A DNA stretch of 64,000 bases from Eledone cirrhosa. Its lineage: Eukaryota. Below the pieces are notes generated by a model. That model did not search any database. It was not told the DNA's origin and was given only the letters and a program-made list of their open reading frames with translations. Made by a program: the position numbers and the translations under genes. The DNA lies in the NCBI GenBank assembly GCA_964016885.1, contig OZ024757.1, positions 9,300,001 to 9,364,000 on the forward strand. Direction: 5' to 3'. Positions 15,001 to 28,429 of this stretch are shown piece by piece; the stretch's first letter is position 1; every line of letters starts with the position of its first letter.

Positions 15001-18000
15001 TGGTGTTATATAGTGTCGTGTGGTTTGGTATAGTGTAGTGTGTTGTGGTATATTGTAGTGTGGTGTGATATAGTGTTGTGTGGTGTGGTATATTATAGTG
15101 TGGTGTGGTATATTGTAGTGTGTTGTGATATATTGTAGTGTGGTGTGATATATTGTAGTGTGGTGTGGTATATTGCAGTGTGATGTGGCATAATGCAGTG
15201 TGGTGTGGTATATTGTAGTGGGGTTTGGTGTATTGTAGTGTGCTATGATATAGTGTGGTGCGGTGTGATATATTGTAGTGTGCTATGATATAGTGTGGTG
15301 CGGTGTGATATATTGTAGTGTGGTGTGGTATATTGTAGCGTGATGTGGTATAATGTAGTTTGATGTTGTATATTGTAGTGTGGTGTGATATATTGTAGTG
15401 TGGCGAGATATCTTGTAGTGTGGTGTGTTATAGTGTAGTGTGGTGTGATATATTGTAGTGTGGTGTGGTATACTGTGGTGGGATGTACTGTAATGTGGTG
15501 TGGTATAGTCTAGTGTGGTATATTGTAGTGTTGTGTGGCATATTATAGAGAGGTTGGGTATATGGTAGTGTGATGTGATATAGTGTAGTTTGGTGTGGTA
15601 TATTGTAGTGTGGTGTGATATAGTGTAGCGTGTTGTGATATATTTTACTGTGGTGTGGTATACTGTAGTGTAGTGTAATATAGTATAGTGTGGTGTGGTA
15701 TATTGTAGTGTGTTGTGATACATTGTAGTGTAGTGTAATATAGTCTAGTATGGTGTGGTATAGTGTAATGTGGTGTGATATATGGTAGTGTGATGTGCTA
15801 TATTGTAGTGTGGTGTGATATACTGTAGTGTGGTGTGATATATAGTAGTGTCATGTGATATAGTGTAGTGTGGTGTGGTATACTGTAGTGTGGTGTTATA
15901 TAGTGTAGTGTGGTGTGGTATATTGTAGTGTGTTGTGATACAGTGTAGTGTAGTGTAATATAGTGTAGTGTTGTGTGGTATAGTGTAGTGTGGTGTGATA
16001 TATGGTAGTGTGATGTGCTATATTGTAGTGTGGTGTGATATACTGTAGTATGGTGTGTTATATTGTAGTGTGATGTGGTATATTGTAGTTTGATGTTGTA
16101 TATTGTAGTGTGGTGTGATATATTGTAGTGTGGTGTGGTATACTGTAATGTGGTGTGGTATATTATAGGGTGGTGTGATATATTGTGATTCGGTGTAGTA
16201 TTTTGTAGTTTGATGTGGTATATTGTAGTGTGGTGTGGTATATTGTAGTGTGGTGTGATATATTGTAGTGTGGTGTGATATATTGTATTGTGGTTTGGTA
16301 CACTGTAGTGTAGTGTGGTATACTGTAGTGTTGTGTGGTATAGTGTAGTGCGATGTGAAATAATGCATTGGGGTTCTGCTATATTGTAGTGTGTTGTAGT
16401 ATATTGTAGTGTGGTGCGATATATTGTAGTGTGGTGTGATATAGTGTTGTGTGGTGTGGTATATTGTAGTGTGGTGTGGTATATTGTAGTGTGGTGTGAT
16501 ATATTGTAGTGTGGTCTGATATAGTGTAGTGTGGTGTGGTACATTTTAGTGTGACATATTGTATTGTGCTATATTGTAGTGTGGTGTGATATATTGAAGT
16601 GTGGTATGGTATATTGTAGTGTGGTGTAGTATATTGTAGTGTGGTGTAGTATATTGTAGTGTGGTGTTATATAGTGTCGTGTGGTTTGGTATAGTGTAGT
16701 GTGTTGTGGTATATTGTAGTGTGGTGTGATATAGTGTTGTGTGATGTGGTATATTATAGTGTGGTGTGGTATATTGTAGTGTGTTGTGATATATTGTAGT
16801 GTGGTGTGATATATTGTAGTGTGGTGTGGTATATTGCAGTGTGATGTGGCATAATGCAGTGTGGTGTGGTATATTGTAGTGGGGTTTGGTGTATTGTAGT
16901 GTGCTATGATATAGTGTGGTGCGCTGTGATATATTGTAGTGTGCTATGATATAGTGTGGTGCGGTGTGATATATTGTAGTGTGGTGTGGTATATTGTAGC
17001 GTGATGTGGTATAATGTAGTTTGATGTTGTATATTGTAGTGTGGTGTGATAGAGTGTAGTGTGTTGTGATATATTGTAGTGTGGCGAGATATCTTGTAGT
17101 GTGGTGTGTTATAGTGTAGTGTGGTGTGATATATTGTAGTGTGGTGTGGTATACTGTGGTGGGATATACTGTAATGTGGTGTGGTATAGTCTAGTGTGAT
17201 ATATTGTAGTGTTGTGTGGCATATTATAGAGAGGTTGGGTATATGGTAGTGTGATGTGATATAGTGTAGTTTGGTGTGGTATATTGTAGTGTGGTGTGAT
17301 ATAGTGTAGCGTGTTGTGATATATTTTACTGTGGTGTGGTATATTGTAGTGTGTTGTGATACAGTGTAGTGTAGTGTAATATAGTCTAGTATGGTGTGGT
17401 ATAGTGTAATGTGGTGTGATATATGGTAGTGTGATGTGCTATATTGTAGTCTGGTGTGATATACTGTAGTGTGGTGTGATATATAGTAGTGTCATATGAT
17501 ATAGTGTAGTGTGGTGTGGTATACTGTAGTGTGGTGTTATATAGTGTAGTGTGGTGTGGTATATTGTAGTGTGTTGTGATACAGTGTAGTGTAGTGTAAT
17601 ATAGTGTAGTGTTGTGTGGTATAGTGTAGTGTGGTGTGATATATGGTAGTGTGATGTGCTATATTGTAGTGTAGTGTGATATACTGTAGTATGGTGTGTT
17701 ATATTGTAGTGTGATATCATATACTGTAGTGTGGTGTGATATATAGTAGTGTCATGTGATATAGTGTAGTGTGGTGTGGTATACTGTAGTGTGGTGTTAT
17801 ATAGTGTAGCGTGGTGTGGTATATTGTAGTGTGTTGTGATATAGTGTAGTGTAGTGTAATACATTGTAGTGTGGTGTGGTATAATGTAGTGTGGTGTGAT
17901 ATATGGTCGTGTGGTGTAATATATTGTAGTGTGATGTGGTATATTGTAGTTTGATGTTGTATATTGTAGTGTGGTGTGATAGAGTCTAGTGTGTTGTGAT

Positions 18001-21000
18001 ATGTTGTAGTGTGGCGAGATATCTTGTAGTGTGGTGTGTTATAGTGTAGTGTGGTGTGAAATAATGTATTGTGGTACTGCTATATTATAGTGTGTTGCAG
18101 TATATTGTAGTGTCGTGTGGTATAGTGTAGTGTGGAGTGGAATATTGTAGTGTGGTGTGATATATTGTAGTGTGGTGAGGTATATTGTAGTGTAGTGTGA
18201 TATATTGTAGTGTGGTGTGGTATACTGTAATGTGGTGTGGTATATTATAGGTGGTGTGATATATTGTGATTTGGTGTAGTATTTGGTAGTTTGATGTGGT
18301 ATATTGTAGTGTGGTGTGGTATATTGTAGTGTGGTGTGATATATTGTAGTGTGGTGTGATATATTGTATTGTGGTTTGGTACACTGTAGTGTAGTGTGGT
18401 ATATTGTAGTGTTGTGTGGTATAGTGTAGTGCGATGTGAAATAATGCATTGGGGTTCTGCTATATTGTAGTGTGTTGTAGTACATTGTAGTGTGGTGCGA
18501 TATATTGTAGTGTGGTGTGATATAGTGTTGTGTGGTGTGGTATATTGTAGTGTGGTGTGGTATAGTGTAGTGTGGTGTGATATATTGTAGTGTGGTCTGA
18601 TATAGTGTAGTGTGGTGTGGTATATTTTAGTGTGATATATTGTATTGTGCTATATTGTAGTGTGGTGTGATATATTGAAGTGTGGTATGGTATATTGTAG
18701 TGTGGTGTAGTATATTGTAGTGTGGTGTAGTATATTGTAGTTTGGTGTTATATAGTGTCGTGTGGTTTGGTATAGTGTAGTGTGTTGTGGTATATTGTAG
18801 TGTGGTGTGATATAGTGTTGTGTGGTGTGGTATATTATAGTGTGGTGTGGTATATTGTAGTGTGTTGTGATATATTGTAGTGTGGTGTGATATATTGTAG
18901 TGTGGTGTGGTATATTGCAGTGTGATGTGGCATAATGCAGTGTGGTGTGGTATATTGTAGTGGGGTTTGGTGTATTGTAGTGTGCTATGATATAGTGTGG
19001 TGCGGTGTGATATATTGTAGTGTGCTATGATATAGTGTGGTGCGGTGTGATATATTGTAGTGTGGTGTGGTATATTGTAGTGTGATGTGGTATATTGTAG
19101 TTTGATGTTGTATATTGTAGTGTGGTGTGATAGAGTGTAGTGTGTTGTGATATATTGTAGTGTGGCGAGATATCTTGTAGTGTGGTGTGTTATAGTGTAG
19201 TGTGGTGTGATATATTGTAGTGTGGTGTGGTATATTGCAGTGTGATGTGGCATAATGCAGTGTGGTGTGGTATATTGTAGTGGGGTTTGGTGTATTGTAG
19301 TGTGCTATGATATAGTGTGGTGCGGTGTGATATATTGTAGTGTGCTATGATATAGTGTGGTGCGGTGTGATATATTGTAGTGTGGTGTGGTATATTGTAG
19401 CGTGATGTGGTATATTGTAGTTTGATGTTGTATATTGTAGTGTGGTGTGATAGAGTGTAGTGTGTTGTGATATATTGTAGTGTGGCGAGATATCTTGTAG
19501 TGTGGTGTGTTATAATGTAGTGTGGTGTGATATATTGTAGTGTGGTGTGGTATACTGTGGTGGGATGTACTGTAATGTGGTGTGGTATAGTCTAGTGTGG
19601 TATATTGTAGTGTTGTGTGGCATATTATAGAGAGGTGTGGTATATGGTAGTGTGATGTGATATAGTGTAGTTTGGTGCGGTATATTGTAGTGTGGTGTGA
19701 TATAGTGTAGCGTGTTGTGATATATTTTACTGTGGTGTGGTATACTGTAGTGTAGTGTAATATAGTATAGTGTGGTGTGGTATATTGTAGTGTGTTGTGA
19801 TACAGTGTAGTGTAGTGTAATAAAGTCTAGTATGGTGTGGTATAGTGTAATGTGGTGTGATATATGGTAGTGTGATGTGCTATAATGTAGTGTGGTGTGA
19901 TATACTGTAGTGTGGTGTGATATATAGTAGTGTTATGTGATATAGTGTAGTGTGGTGTGGTATACTGTAGTGTGGTGTTATATAGTGTAGTGAGTTGTGA
20001 TATATTTTAGTTTGGTGTGGTATATTGTAGTGTGTTGTGATATAGTGTAGTGTAGTGTAAAATATTGTAGTGTGGTGTGGTATAATGTAGTGTGGTGTGA
20101 TATATGGTAGTGTGGTGTAATACATTGTATTGTGGTGTGGTATATTGTAGTGTGATGTGTTATATTGTAGTTTGATGTTGTATATTGTAGTGTGGTGTGA
20201 TAGAGTGTAGTGCGTTGTGATATATTGTAGTGTGGCGAGATATCTTGTAGTGTGGTGTGTTATAGTGTAGTGTGGTGTGATGTGAAATAATATATTGTGG
20301 TACTGCTATATTGTAGTGTGTTGTAGTATATTGTAGTGTGATGTGGTATATTATAGTGTGGTGTGATATATTGTGGTTTGGTGTAGTATTTTGTAGTTTG
20401 ATGTGGTATATTGTAGTGCGGTGTGGTATATTGTAGTGTGGTGTGATCTATTGTAATGTGGAGTGATATATTGTATTGTGGTGTGGTATACTGTAGTGTA
20501 GTGTGGTATATTGTAGTGTTGTGTGGTATAGTGTAGTGTGATGTGAAATAATGTTTTGGGGTTCTGCTATATTGTAGTGTGGTATATTGTAGTGTGATAT
20601 ATTGTATTGTGCTATGATATAGTGTGGTGCGGTGTGATATATTGTAGTGTGGTGTGGTATATTGTAGTGTGATGTGGTATATTGTAGTTTGATGTTGTAT
20701 ATTGTAGTGTGATGTGGTATATTGTAGTTTGATGTTGTATATTGTAGTGTGGTGTGATAGAGTGTAGTGTGTTGTGATATATTGTAGTGTGGCGAGATAT
20801 CTTGTAGTGTGGTGTGTTATAGTGTAGTGTGGTGTGATATATTGTAGTGTGGTGTGGTATATTGCAGTGTGATGTGGCATAATGCAGTGTGGTGTGGTAT
20901 ATTGTAGTGGGGTTTGGTGTATTGTAGTGTGCTATGATATAGTGTGGTGCGGTGTGATATATTGTAGTGTGGTGTGGTATATTGTAGTGTGATGTGGTAT

Positions 21001-22560
21001 ATTGTAGTTTGATGTTGTATATTGTAGTGTGGTGTGATAGAGTGTAGTGTTAGTGATATATTGTAGTGTGGCGAGATATCTTGTAGTGTGGTGTGTTATA
21101 GTGTAGTGTGGTGTGATATATTGTAGTGTGGTGTGGTATACTGTGGTGGGATGTACTGTAATGTGGTGTGGTATAGTCTAGTTTGGTGTGGTATATTGTA
21201 GTGATGTGTGGCATATTATAGAGAGGTGTGGTATATGGTAGTGTGATGTGAAATAGTGTAGTGTGGTGTGGAATACTGTAGTGTGGTGTAATATAGTGTA
21301 GTGTAGTGTGATATATTGTAACGTGGTGGGATATATTGTAGTTTGGTGTGATATAGTCTAGTGTGGTGTGATATATTGAAGTGTGTTGTGGTATGTTGTA
21401 GTATGGTGTGATTTAGTGTAGTGTGGTGTGGTATATTGTAGTGTTGTGTGATATATTGTAGTGTGGTCTGATATATAGTAGTGTGATGTGATATAGTGTA
21501 GTGTGGTGTGGTATAATGTAGTGTGATTTGGTCTATTGTAGTGTGTTGTGATATAGTGTAGTTTGGTGTGATATAGTGTAGTGTGATGTGGCATAATGTA
21601 GTGTGGTGTGTTATATTGTAGTGTGGTGTCACATATTGTAGTGTGGTGTGATATAGTGTAGTGTGGTGTTGTATACTATAATGTGGTTTGGTGGGATATA
21701 TTGTGGTGTGGTGTGACATATTGTAGTGTGGGTGGTATATTGTAGTGTTCTGTGGTATATTGTAGTGTGATGTGGTATAGTGTAGTGTAGTATATTGTAG
21801 TGTGATGTGGTATATTGTAGTGTGGGGTGATATATTGTAGTTTGGTGTGGTATATTGTAGAGTAGTGTAATATAGTGTAGTGTGGTATATAGTAGTGTGG
21901 TGTTATATAGTGTAGTGTGGTGTGATATATTTTAGTGTGTTGTGGCATAGTGAAGTGTGGTGTGGTATATTGTAGTGTGGTGTGATATATTGTAGTGTGG
22001 TGTGATATATAGTAGTGTGATGTGATATATTGTAGTGTGGTGTGGTATATTGGTGTGATGTGGTATATTGTAGTGTGTTGTGGTATATTGTAGTGTGGTG
22101 TGATATACTGTAGTGTGGTGTGGTATAGTGTAGTGTGATGTGATATACTGTAGTGTGGTGTGATATAGTGAAATGTGGTGTCCGTATATAGTAGTGTGAT
22201 GTGATATAGTGTAGTGTGGTGTCGTATATTGTAGTGTGGTGTTGTATAGTGTAGTGTGGTGTGGTATATTGTAGTGTGGTGAGCTATGTAGTAGTGTAGT
22301 GTAATATAGTGTAGTGTGGTGTGGTGTAGTGTAGTGCGATGTGGCATATCGTAGTGTGATGTGATATAGTGTAGTGTAGTGTGGTATATTTTAGTATGGT
22401 GTGGTATATTGTAGTATTTTGTGATATATTGTAGTGTGATGTGATATATTGTAGTGTGGTGTGGTATATTGTTGTATGATGTGATTGAGTGTAGTGTAGT
22501 GTGGTATATTGTAGTTTGATGTCATATAGTGTAGTGTGATGTGATATAGTGTAGTAGGTT
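1..22560. repeat. Pentamer-based satellite, ~20-bp unit (GTGTG GTGTG RTATA TTGTA)n, with kb-scale higher-order duplications
   Basis: Continuous 5-bp periodicity and an almost C-free + strand. Sequence at 1 recurs at 5437; diagnostic variants such as TATACTGTACCTGTTGTAG recur at ~2311, ~7762 and ~11921. Confidence 0.97.
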
Positions 22561-22657
22561 GTCATGTATCTGACCTTGATGAAGCCTGTGTTTTGTTTAC
22601 ATTGTATATTGTGGAACATTTGTTTCTGTAAATATGTATAACATACACCTCTTCATG

Positions 22658-23707
22658 TCAAGATTGTTTTTTCCTATTTGAGACTTGGTACTCAGAAGGT
22701 CTGTTCTGGAATGTTCTGGTCGGAATCTCTCTGTTAGCGTTTGTATATTTTTGCGTGTGAGTCTCTGTGTGTGTCTGTCTGTGTGTATGTAAGGGTGTAT
22801 TTATATATATGTGTGTGTTTTCTTTAAGATATTTCCTTTTTGAGGGCGGGTAAAATTCCCGAGATCCATGGACAAGTTCTCTCCAGCGGTCTCTGTCCCT
22901 CATTATCGCTGCCATGTCCTGCATCTCCAACAGACCAGTGTCTGTCCTTAGGGCATCAACATACGTTAACCTTGATCTTCCACTTCCAGTGTGTCCATGT
23001 AGGGGCTCCCACAGGAGCACTGAGTGCAATGTCAATTCTGGATGCCGGTGAGCATGTCCAGCTAACCTCAGTCTCCTCTGTGTCCCTTTTGAGCTGACTT
23101 TTGAGAGTCTCCCATACACCTCTGAGTTTTTCATCCTCAGAGTATACTGATTAATGTTCAGAGCCATCATCAGTATTCTCGTGTAGCACCCATCCACCAT
23201 CTGAGTGCGTTTCTTGGTCAGTGTCCAAGTCTCAGACCCGTACAGCAGCACAGACTCCACTACAGCAATTAAGAAGCGGATTTTCTTGTCTTTAAGAAGG
23301 TCAGCCTCCGACACCGATCTCAAGCTGTGGCACGGCGCCCAGGCTTTGCTCTTCCTCTCAACCACATCATCTTCTGTATTCCCAATCTTTGCTCCCAAAT
23401 ACAGGAAGTCCTCAACCAATTCCAGCGGCTTCCCGCCTACATTAGTAATCCCCTCTGGCTTCTCAACATTCTCTACCAGATATTTTGTTTTAGTCTCATT
23501 CATTCTCAGCCCCACACTCATCGACACAGTCTCAACCTCCATCATCAAATCCTCTGCCTCCTTCACTGTATTTGTCACCGAAACCTTTTCGTCGGCAAAT
23601 TCAGCATCCGATACCTTTTTCGCCCTAACTCTCCTGCTCTGAGCCGGTGCTACAGTAAAGCCAGAGTCCTGGTGTTTCTCCAGTGCAAGGCGCATATAAT
23701 AGTCCAC
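22658..23707 (-). mobile_element. 5'-truncated RTE-like non-LTR retrotransposon: C-terminal RT and thumb region, probably defective
   Basis: ORF has EFADE (degenerate FADD), GLRMNETKTK, DFLYLG, ESVLLYGSETWTLTK, RRLRLAGH, LLWEP..G..SGR and DRDRWRELV, all typical of RTE-clade ORFs. The last ~60 aa read into CA/TA-rich flank. Confidence 0.85.
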
Positions 23708-24482
23708 TACGATGATAAAAAGTTAGGGAGCCAATGTAAGATATATTTACCTATATACATCGAAAGTGTGTTCCATATTAACAGTGGAGCATGGTAAACA
23801 CATCTATTCTCGGTGAAAGCAAACGCAAAGAAAGACGGAGGAACCGGAAGCGAAAGAGGGGTAGAAGGCAGAAGTGGTGAGTACGAAGGATATAGAGAGA
23901 GAAAGAGGAGGAGAGAAAGGAAGTTAATACAGGGTGACACAAAGCAAGTCTAACCAGAACTAATAAACAAGAGAGATCGATAAAGAGAAAGGGAGAGGGA
24001 GACAGGGGGAGAGAAAGAGAGAGAGAGAGAAGGAGTTGATCCAAAAGAGTGATAGGATATAGGTCCGACCAGGAAAAACAAACCAAGCGAGATAGAGAGG
24101 GTGGAGAGGAGGTCACAGCAGTAAATACAAAAATATGGATTGAGAGAGATGTTGCTGTGTGGTTACTGATAACGCGTGTTAGTAAGGCGACACAAACAAG
24201 AGATAAACAGTTTCCCTTCATCAGTTGTCTACAACGTGTCACAGATGTTTCAGCGCATTATAGACATTACATCTATCCGTAGCACGCCCATAGACTTTTA
24301 TATATCAAAAAGCCACGAGGGAAAGAAATGATGGCGAAGAGAGAGAAATAAAGAAAAACAAAGAAAAAAGGAAAATAAAGGAGAGAAATAAAGGAAAAAA
24401 AGTAGAAAACATACCGATAGGAGGGGCAAACGCAGGACAGTGGTACATGTAAGTAGTAACCAATATATATATATACCGCACT

Positions 24483-25330
24483 ATGCTCCGCCTCTTCCGA
24501 CGCTTCCAGTCCGCCCCTTCCACCTCCACCATCTTCCTATGCCCACCCCTCCCCTCATTCAAACACGCGCGTAATCACCGCTCCCTCCTCATTCACAGCT
24601 CTCTAGCACACCCGCCCCCGGTTCCCTTCCCTTCTCCAGACCTCGTTGCCACACCTGCCCCCCAGATCACCAACACCACCACCTTCCAGCGTCCCAACGG
24701 CCACTCTTTCTCTGTCCGGCATGCCTTCCGCTGCACCTCCTCCAACCTCGTCTATGGACTTCGCTACACAGAGTGCAGCGCAACCTACGTCGGACAGACT
24801 GGACGTCGCCTGGCGGATAGGTTCACTGAGCACCTTGGAGATATCCGTCTCGGCGGGAGTTCCCTCATCGCCCGCCACTTTGGTTCCCCTGGACATTCCG
24901 CCCACCACCTCACAGTCTGTGGCCTGATCCAATGCCATGGGACCCCCGCCACCCGCCTCACGGTCGAGCAACATACCATCTTCACCCTACAGATCCACAT
25001 ACCCCCCGGCCTGAACTCGCCACCCCTCTTCCTTTAGCATTCGACCCCCTCCACTTATATTACTCCCCTCCCCTCACATCATCACAGATACACTCCCTCT
25101 CCACCACTCCACCCACCATCACCCCTACACGCCTCGCACCATTTCACCACTTGTTTCTTTTAATTTTAATTTTTTTACTCTCCAAAAAATTCCTTTTCCT
25201 CCCATTTCTCGCCCCACCTTTTTTTAACTAATATTTTGAATGTATTTCCATCACTCCCCCACACACCCTCGGAACCCTCTTCCTGCCCACTTTTCTCCTG
25301 ATGAAGGGCTTATGTCCGAAACGTCGTCCC
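24483..25330 (+). mobile_element. 3' fragment of a Penelope-like element (Neptune-like): GIY-YIG endonuclease plus C-rich 3' UTR/pLTR
   Basis: ORF 24483-25037 has FRCTSSNLVYGL..C...YVGQTGRRLADRFTEH..IARHF..H..RLTVEQ..PPGLN, the GIY-YIG domain of PLEs, followed by a hammerhead core at ~25298. Confidence 0.85.
25297..25327 (+). ncRNA. Minimal type I hammerhead ribozyme motif in a PLE terminal repeat; stem I weak
   Basis: CTGATGA-A-GGGC TTAT GTCC-GAAA-CG-TC: core boxes, stem II, palindromic ACGT stem III and a GUC site. Stem I pairing is poor in this copy. Confidence 0.55.
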
Positions 25331-25363
25331 CCAACCCCCACTCTCAAGCGTGAAACTAATAAA

Positions 25364-25544
25364 TTTTTCTACTTTAGGCACAAGGCCAGCAATTCACCAG
25401 TACATTACTGGTACTTTATTTTATCGACCCCGTAAGGATGAAAGGCAAAGTCAACCTCGGCGGGATTTGAACTCAGATGGTAAAGGGACGTAACTCTGCT
25501 AGAAACTATGGCGTCCAACCCTCTACCGATACTGCCAATTCACC
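25364..25544 (-). mobile_element. tRNA-derived SINE resembling the common octopod SINE
   Basis: Minus strand has A-box-like TGGCAGTATCGG and B-box GAGTTCAAATCC, then GCCGAGGTTGACTTTGCCTTTCATCC. Second copy at 34294-34404. Confidence 0.8.
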
Positions 25545-25716
25545 AACATTTGTACTGCCTCTTCGCTTCCACGTTTTTTTGTTTTGTTTACTGTCGCAAC
25601 TTGAAAAAAAAAACATATATTTATATATATATATATATAACGAAGGAAATGTGGTAAGGAACCAGGTGGACCATAACGCACCAAAGTACTCAATACTTGG
25701 GGTAGTAGAGTGGGTA

Positions 25717-25815
25717 ATAGGAACCAGTAAGACCCCGATGGCTGAGCTCAAGCCGTTTCGACGGCTAATTAGCCGTCGAAACGGCTTGAGCTCAGCCGTC
25801 GGGGTCTTACTGGTT

Positions 25816-25820
<5 letters not shown>
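25717..25820. repeat. 104-bp loopless palindrome with one mismatch, abutting (TA)n
   Basis: ATAGGAACCAGTAAGACCCCGA...CGGCTAATTAGCCG...TCGGGGTCTTACTGGTTCCTAT, centre at 25768/25769. Confidence 0.95.
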
Positions 25821-25861
<41 letters not shown>

Positions 25862-25997
25862 AAAGTTAAACAAGGTTCAATGAATACATCAAAGAATGAG
25901 TTTTACAATAGATTGGAAGCACTCAACAGTGAGGTTTTCCAGAGTTATTAATATTAATTCAAAATATTAACAAAATAGATATTCTTGTGATCAATTA

Positions 25998-26064
25998 TAT
26001 TTTATTATACATATTTCAGAGGTACTAAGTTAAGTTCAACAGTACGTCCTCGTTAGATAAAATA
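25998..26064 (-). ncRNA. Hammerhead copy with mutated core (CTAACGA), probably inactive
   Basis: Reverse-complement copy of 27224-27290 with G5 changed to A. Confidence 0.6.
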
Positions 26065-27223
26065 AGATGATGCATGACATACCCTGACATAGTAGACGGT
26101 TAAGATTCAGTCATGGTAGTGATTAACTTATGACAAAACTCAATATTTATACCCTAATATTGAGAACATGAGATAACATAATAAAAACAATAGAGAGGTT
26201 GCGTGTAATAGAGCTTAAGAAATACATGGCATCAATATAACAGTTATAAATGTTTTTATTTTTAAAAACTACTGGAGAAAGAGGAGGGAAAGGAAAGCAT
26301 AGAGGAAGAAATAGCTGATGTGATAATATATATAGTAGGTGGCTTGAAAAAACAGATGAAAGATGATTAAAGAGAGAGCGAGACAAAGGGGAGTAATTTA
26401 TGTTCAAGTTTATATAGATTTCCATATATGCAACATATGTCCAAATTAATATCGTTGCCGGTTAATTTTCAAAATATTTAATTTAAGTTATTTCAGAGTA
26501 ATGAATAATATTTTAGGTTTTAAAAGTTAATAGGTATTTGTATTAATATTATAATTATGTTTAATTTCTAAAATTCAAATTTTATGAAAACAAATTTAAA
26601 GGATTTACGAAACACGAGAAAGAAAATATATATATAATGTTTTTATATCTTCACGAAGGTAATCTTTACCAAAATTATTTATAATATTGACAACAGTTTA
26701 TATAATATAATTTATAAAATAATTATAGTTATAATTATTAAAGAATTTATTGTTAAATAGTTTGAGTGCCTAAAGTATCAACCGGCCTTATAACTAAACT
26801 TAAAGAGTCCGAATTTTTAAAAAATACAAAGATTATAGTTTATTATTTGTTTATAATTGAGGTGATACCTTTCAAATATATATAATATAATATAATACAA
26901 TAATGCAATAATGCAATATAGTAAATAAGTTACTGCAAATATTGTTCAAGCCACCTACTAAATATATTATCACATCAACTGTTTCTTCCTCTATGCTTTC
27001 CTTTCCCTCCTCTTTCTCCAGTAGTTTAAAAAAAAATGTTATAACAGTTATATTGATGCCATGTATTTCTTAAGCTCTATTACACGCACCCTCTCTATTG
27101 TTTGTATTATGTTATCTCATGTTCTCAATATTAGGTTATAAATAGTGAGTTTTGTCATAAGTTAATCACTACCATGACTGAATCTTAACCATCTACTATG
27201 TCAGGGTATGTCATGCATCATAT

Positions 27224-27290
27224 TATTTTATCTGATGAGGACGTACTGTTGAACTTAACTCAGTACCTCTGAAATATGTATAATAAAATA
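27224..27290 (+). ncRNA. Type I hammerhead ribozyme with intact core
   Basis: TATTTTAT-CTGATGA-stem II (GTACTG...CAGTAC)-GAAA-TATGTA-TA-ATAAAATA: 8-bp stem I, quasi-palindromic stem III, AUA site. Confidence 0.8.
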
Positions 27291-28429
27291 TAATTGATCA
27301 CAAGAATATCTATTTTGTTAATATTTTGAATTAATATATATATATATATATATGCATATAAACAGAAAATGATGAACAAACAAAACACACTTATCAACAT
27401 TATTTATTCTTTACATAATGTTTCATACATAATCTAACACAGTGAATTTTAAAATAAATAAATAAATGTATAAATATATTTAAAATGTGTGGAAGTATTA
27501 ATGAATTTTATCTTCCATTTGTCGATATCTCGACTCCCTTCTCTTTCAATCTATCTCTCGCTCCCTCTCTCTTTCTTTCTACCCTTCACAACCCCTCCCA
27601 CTCATTCACTCTGGTGATTGATGTTGATGAAAGTAGGAGAGTGTGGAATGGTGTTCATGCTATCTTTCACAGAAACTCAAATGAAATTATGTATATTGTT
27701 AACGATGGAACGGATCGAATGATTTCAATCAGATGAAATGCTTTGAAAACGCTAAATATATCTGAGGACCCTGCGAATGTAGAGTCAGGTTGGATCTATA
27801 ATAGATCCTGCCTTGAGCTGATCATCGGAGAAACATATGTAATATGTTAACAAAATGTGTTTTGATGCATCACTGATTCCTTGTTATCTATAATATATAT
27901 ATATATACACGAAAGGGTCAACAAACGTACCCCCCCCCCAAAAAAAAACAAGGTGCATCCCTTACTTTAGCAAGCATCATCTGGTTTGCCAGCACTGTGG
28001 TCATAGTTGGAAAGAACAAACAAAAGGTAGGTAAGGAACTCCAAGAGGAACTGAAGCACGATTGTAAGGAGAGAAGTAAACAAGAACATGTAAAGAAGGA
28101 AAAATAAAAATAGATATAAAGAAAACAGATTTTTTAAAAGGTGAAAATAAAGGGGTAGGAAGGGGTGTATAGGTCGAGGATGGCAAGTGTGTATAGCAGT
28201 GGGTGGAGGCGAAGAGAAAGGTTGGGGGAAGATAGAAAATGAGAGTCTGGGCAGGGATGGTGGAAGGTAAGGTGTATGTGTAGATGAGGTCGATGGTATC
28301 ATGAGGTAAAGATAAAGCTGGAGCGAGAGTAAAATGGTAATGAGGAAGTGAAATGGCAGTGTGGCACACGCAACCGGAAGTAATGGCAGTGTGGCACACG
28401 CAACCGGAAGTAGTGGTCGTTTCGGGAGA

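Larger units (their letters stand above)
25951..27337. mobile_element. ~390-bp inverted repeat pair (25951-26348 / 26945-27337): inverted pLTRs of a decayed Penelope-like element
   Basis: The arms are near-perfect reverse complements around a ~600-bp AT-rich spacer, and each arm carries a hammerhead motif. Confidence 0.8.

Noticed and set aside
568-22619. Dozens of His/Thr/Tyr-rich ORFs up to 268 aa
   Set aside because: They are translations of the pentamer satellite; the minus strand is stop-poor by composition and ORFs occur in all frames.
24165-24232. Hammerhead on the minus strand (CTGATGAAGG...ACGCGT)
   Set aside because: The GAAA box before the palindrome is missing and stem I does not pair; at best a decayed relic.
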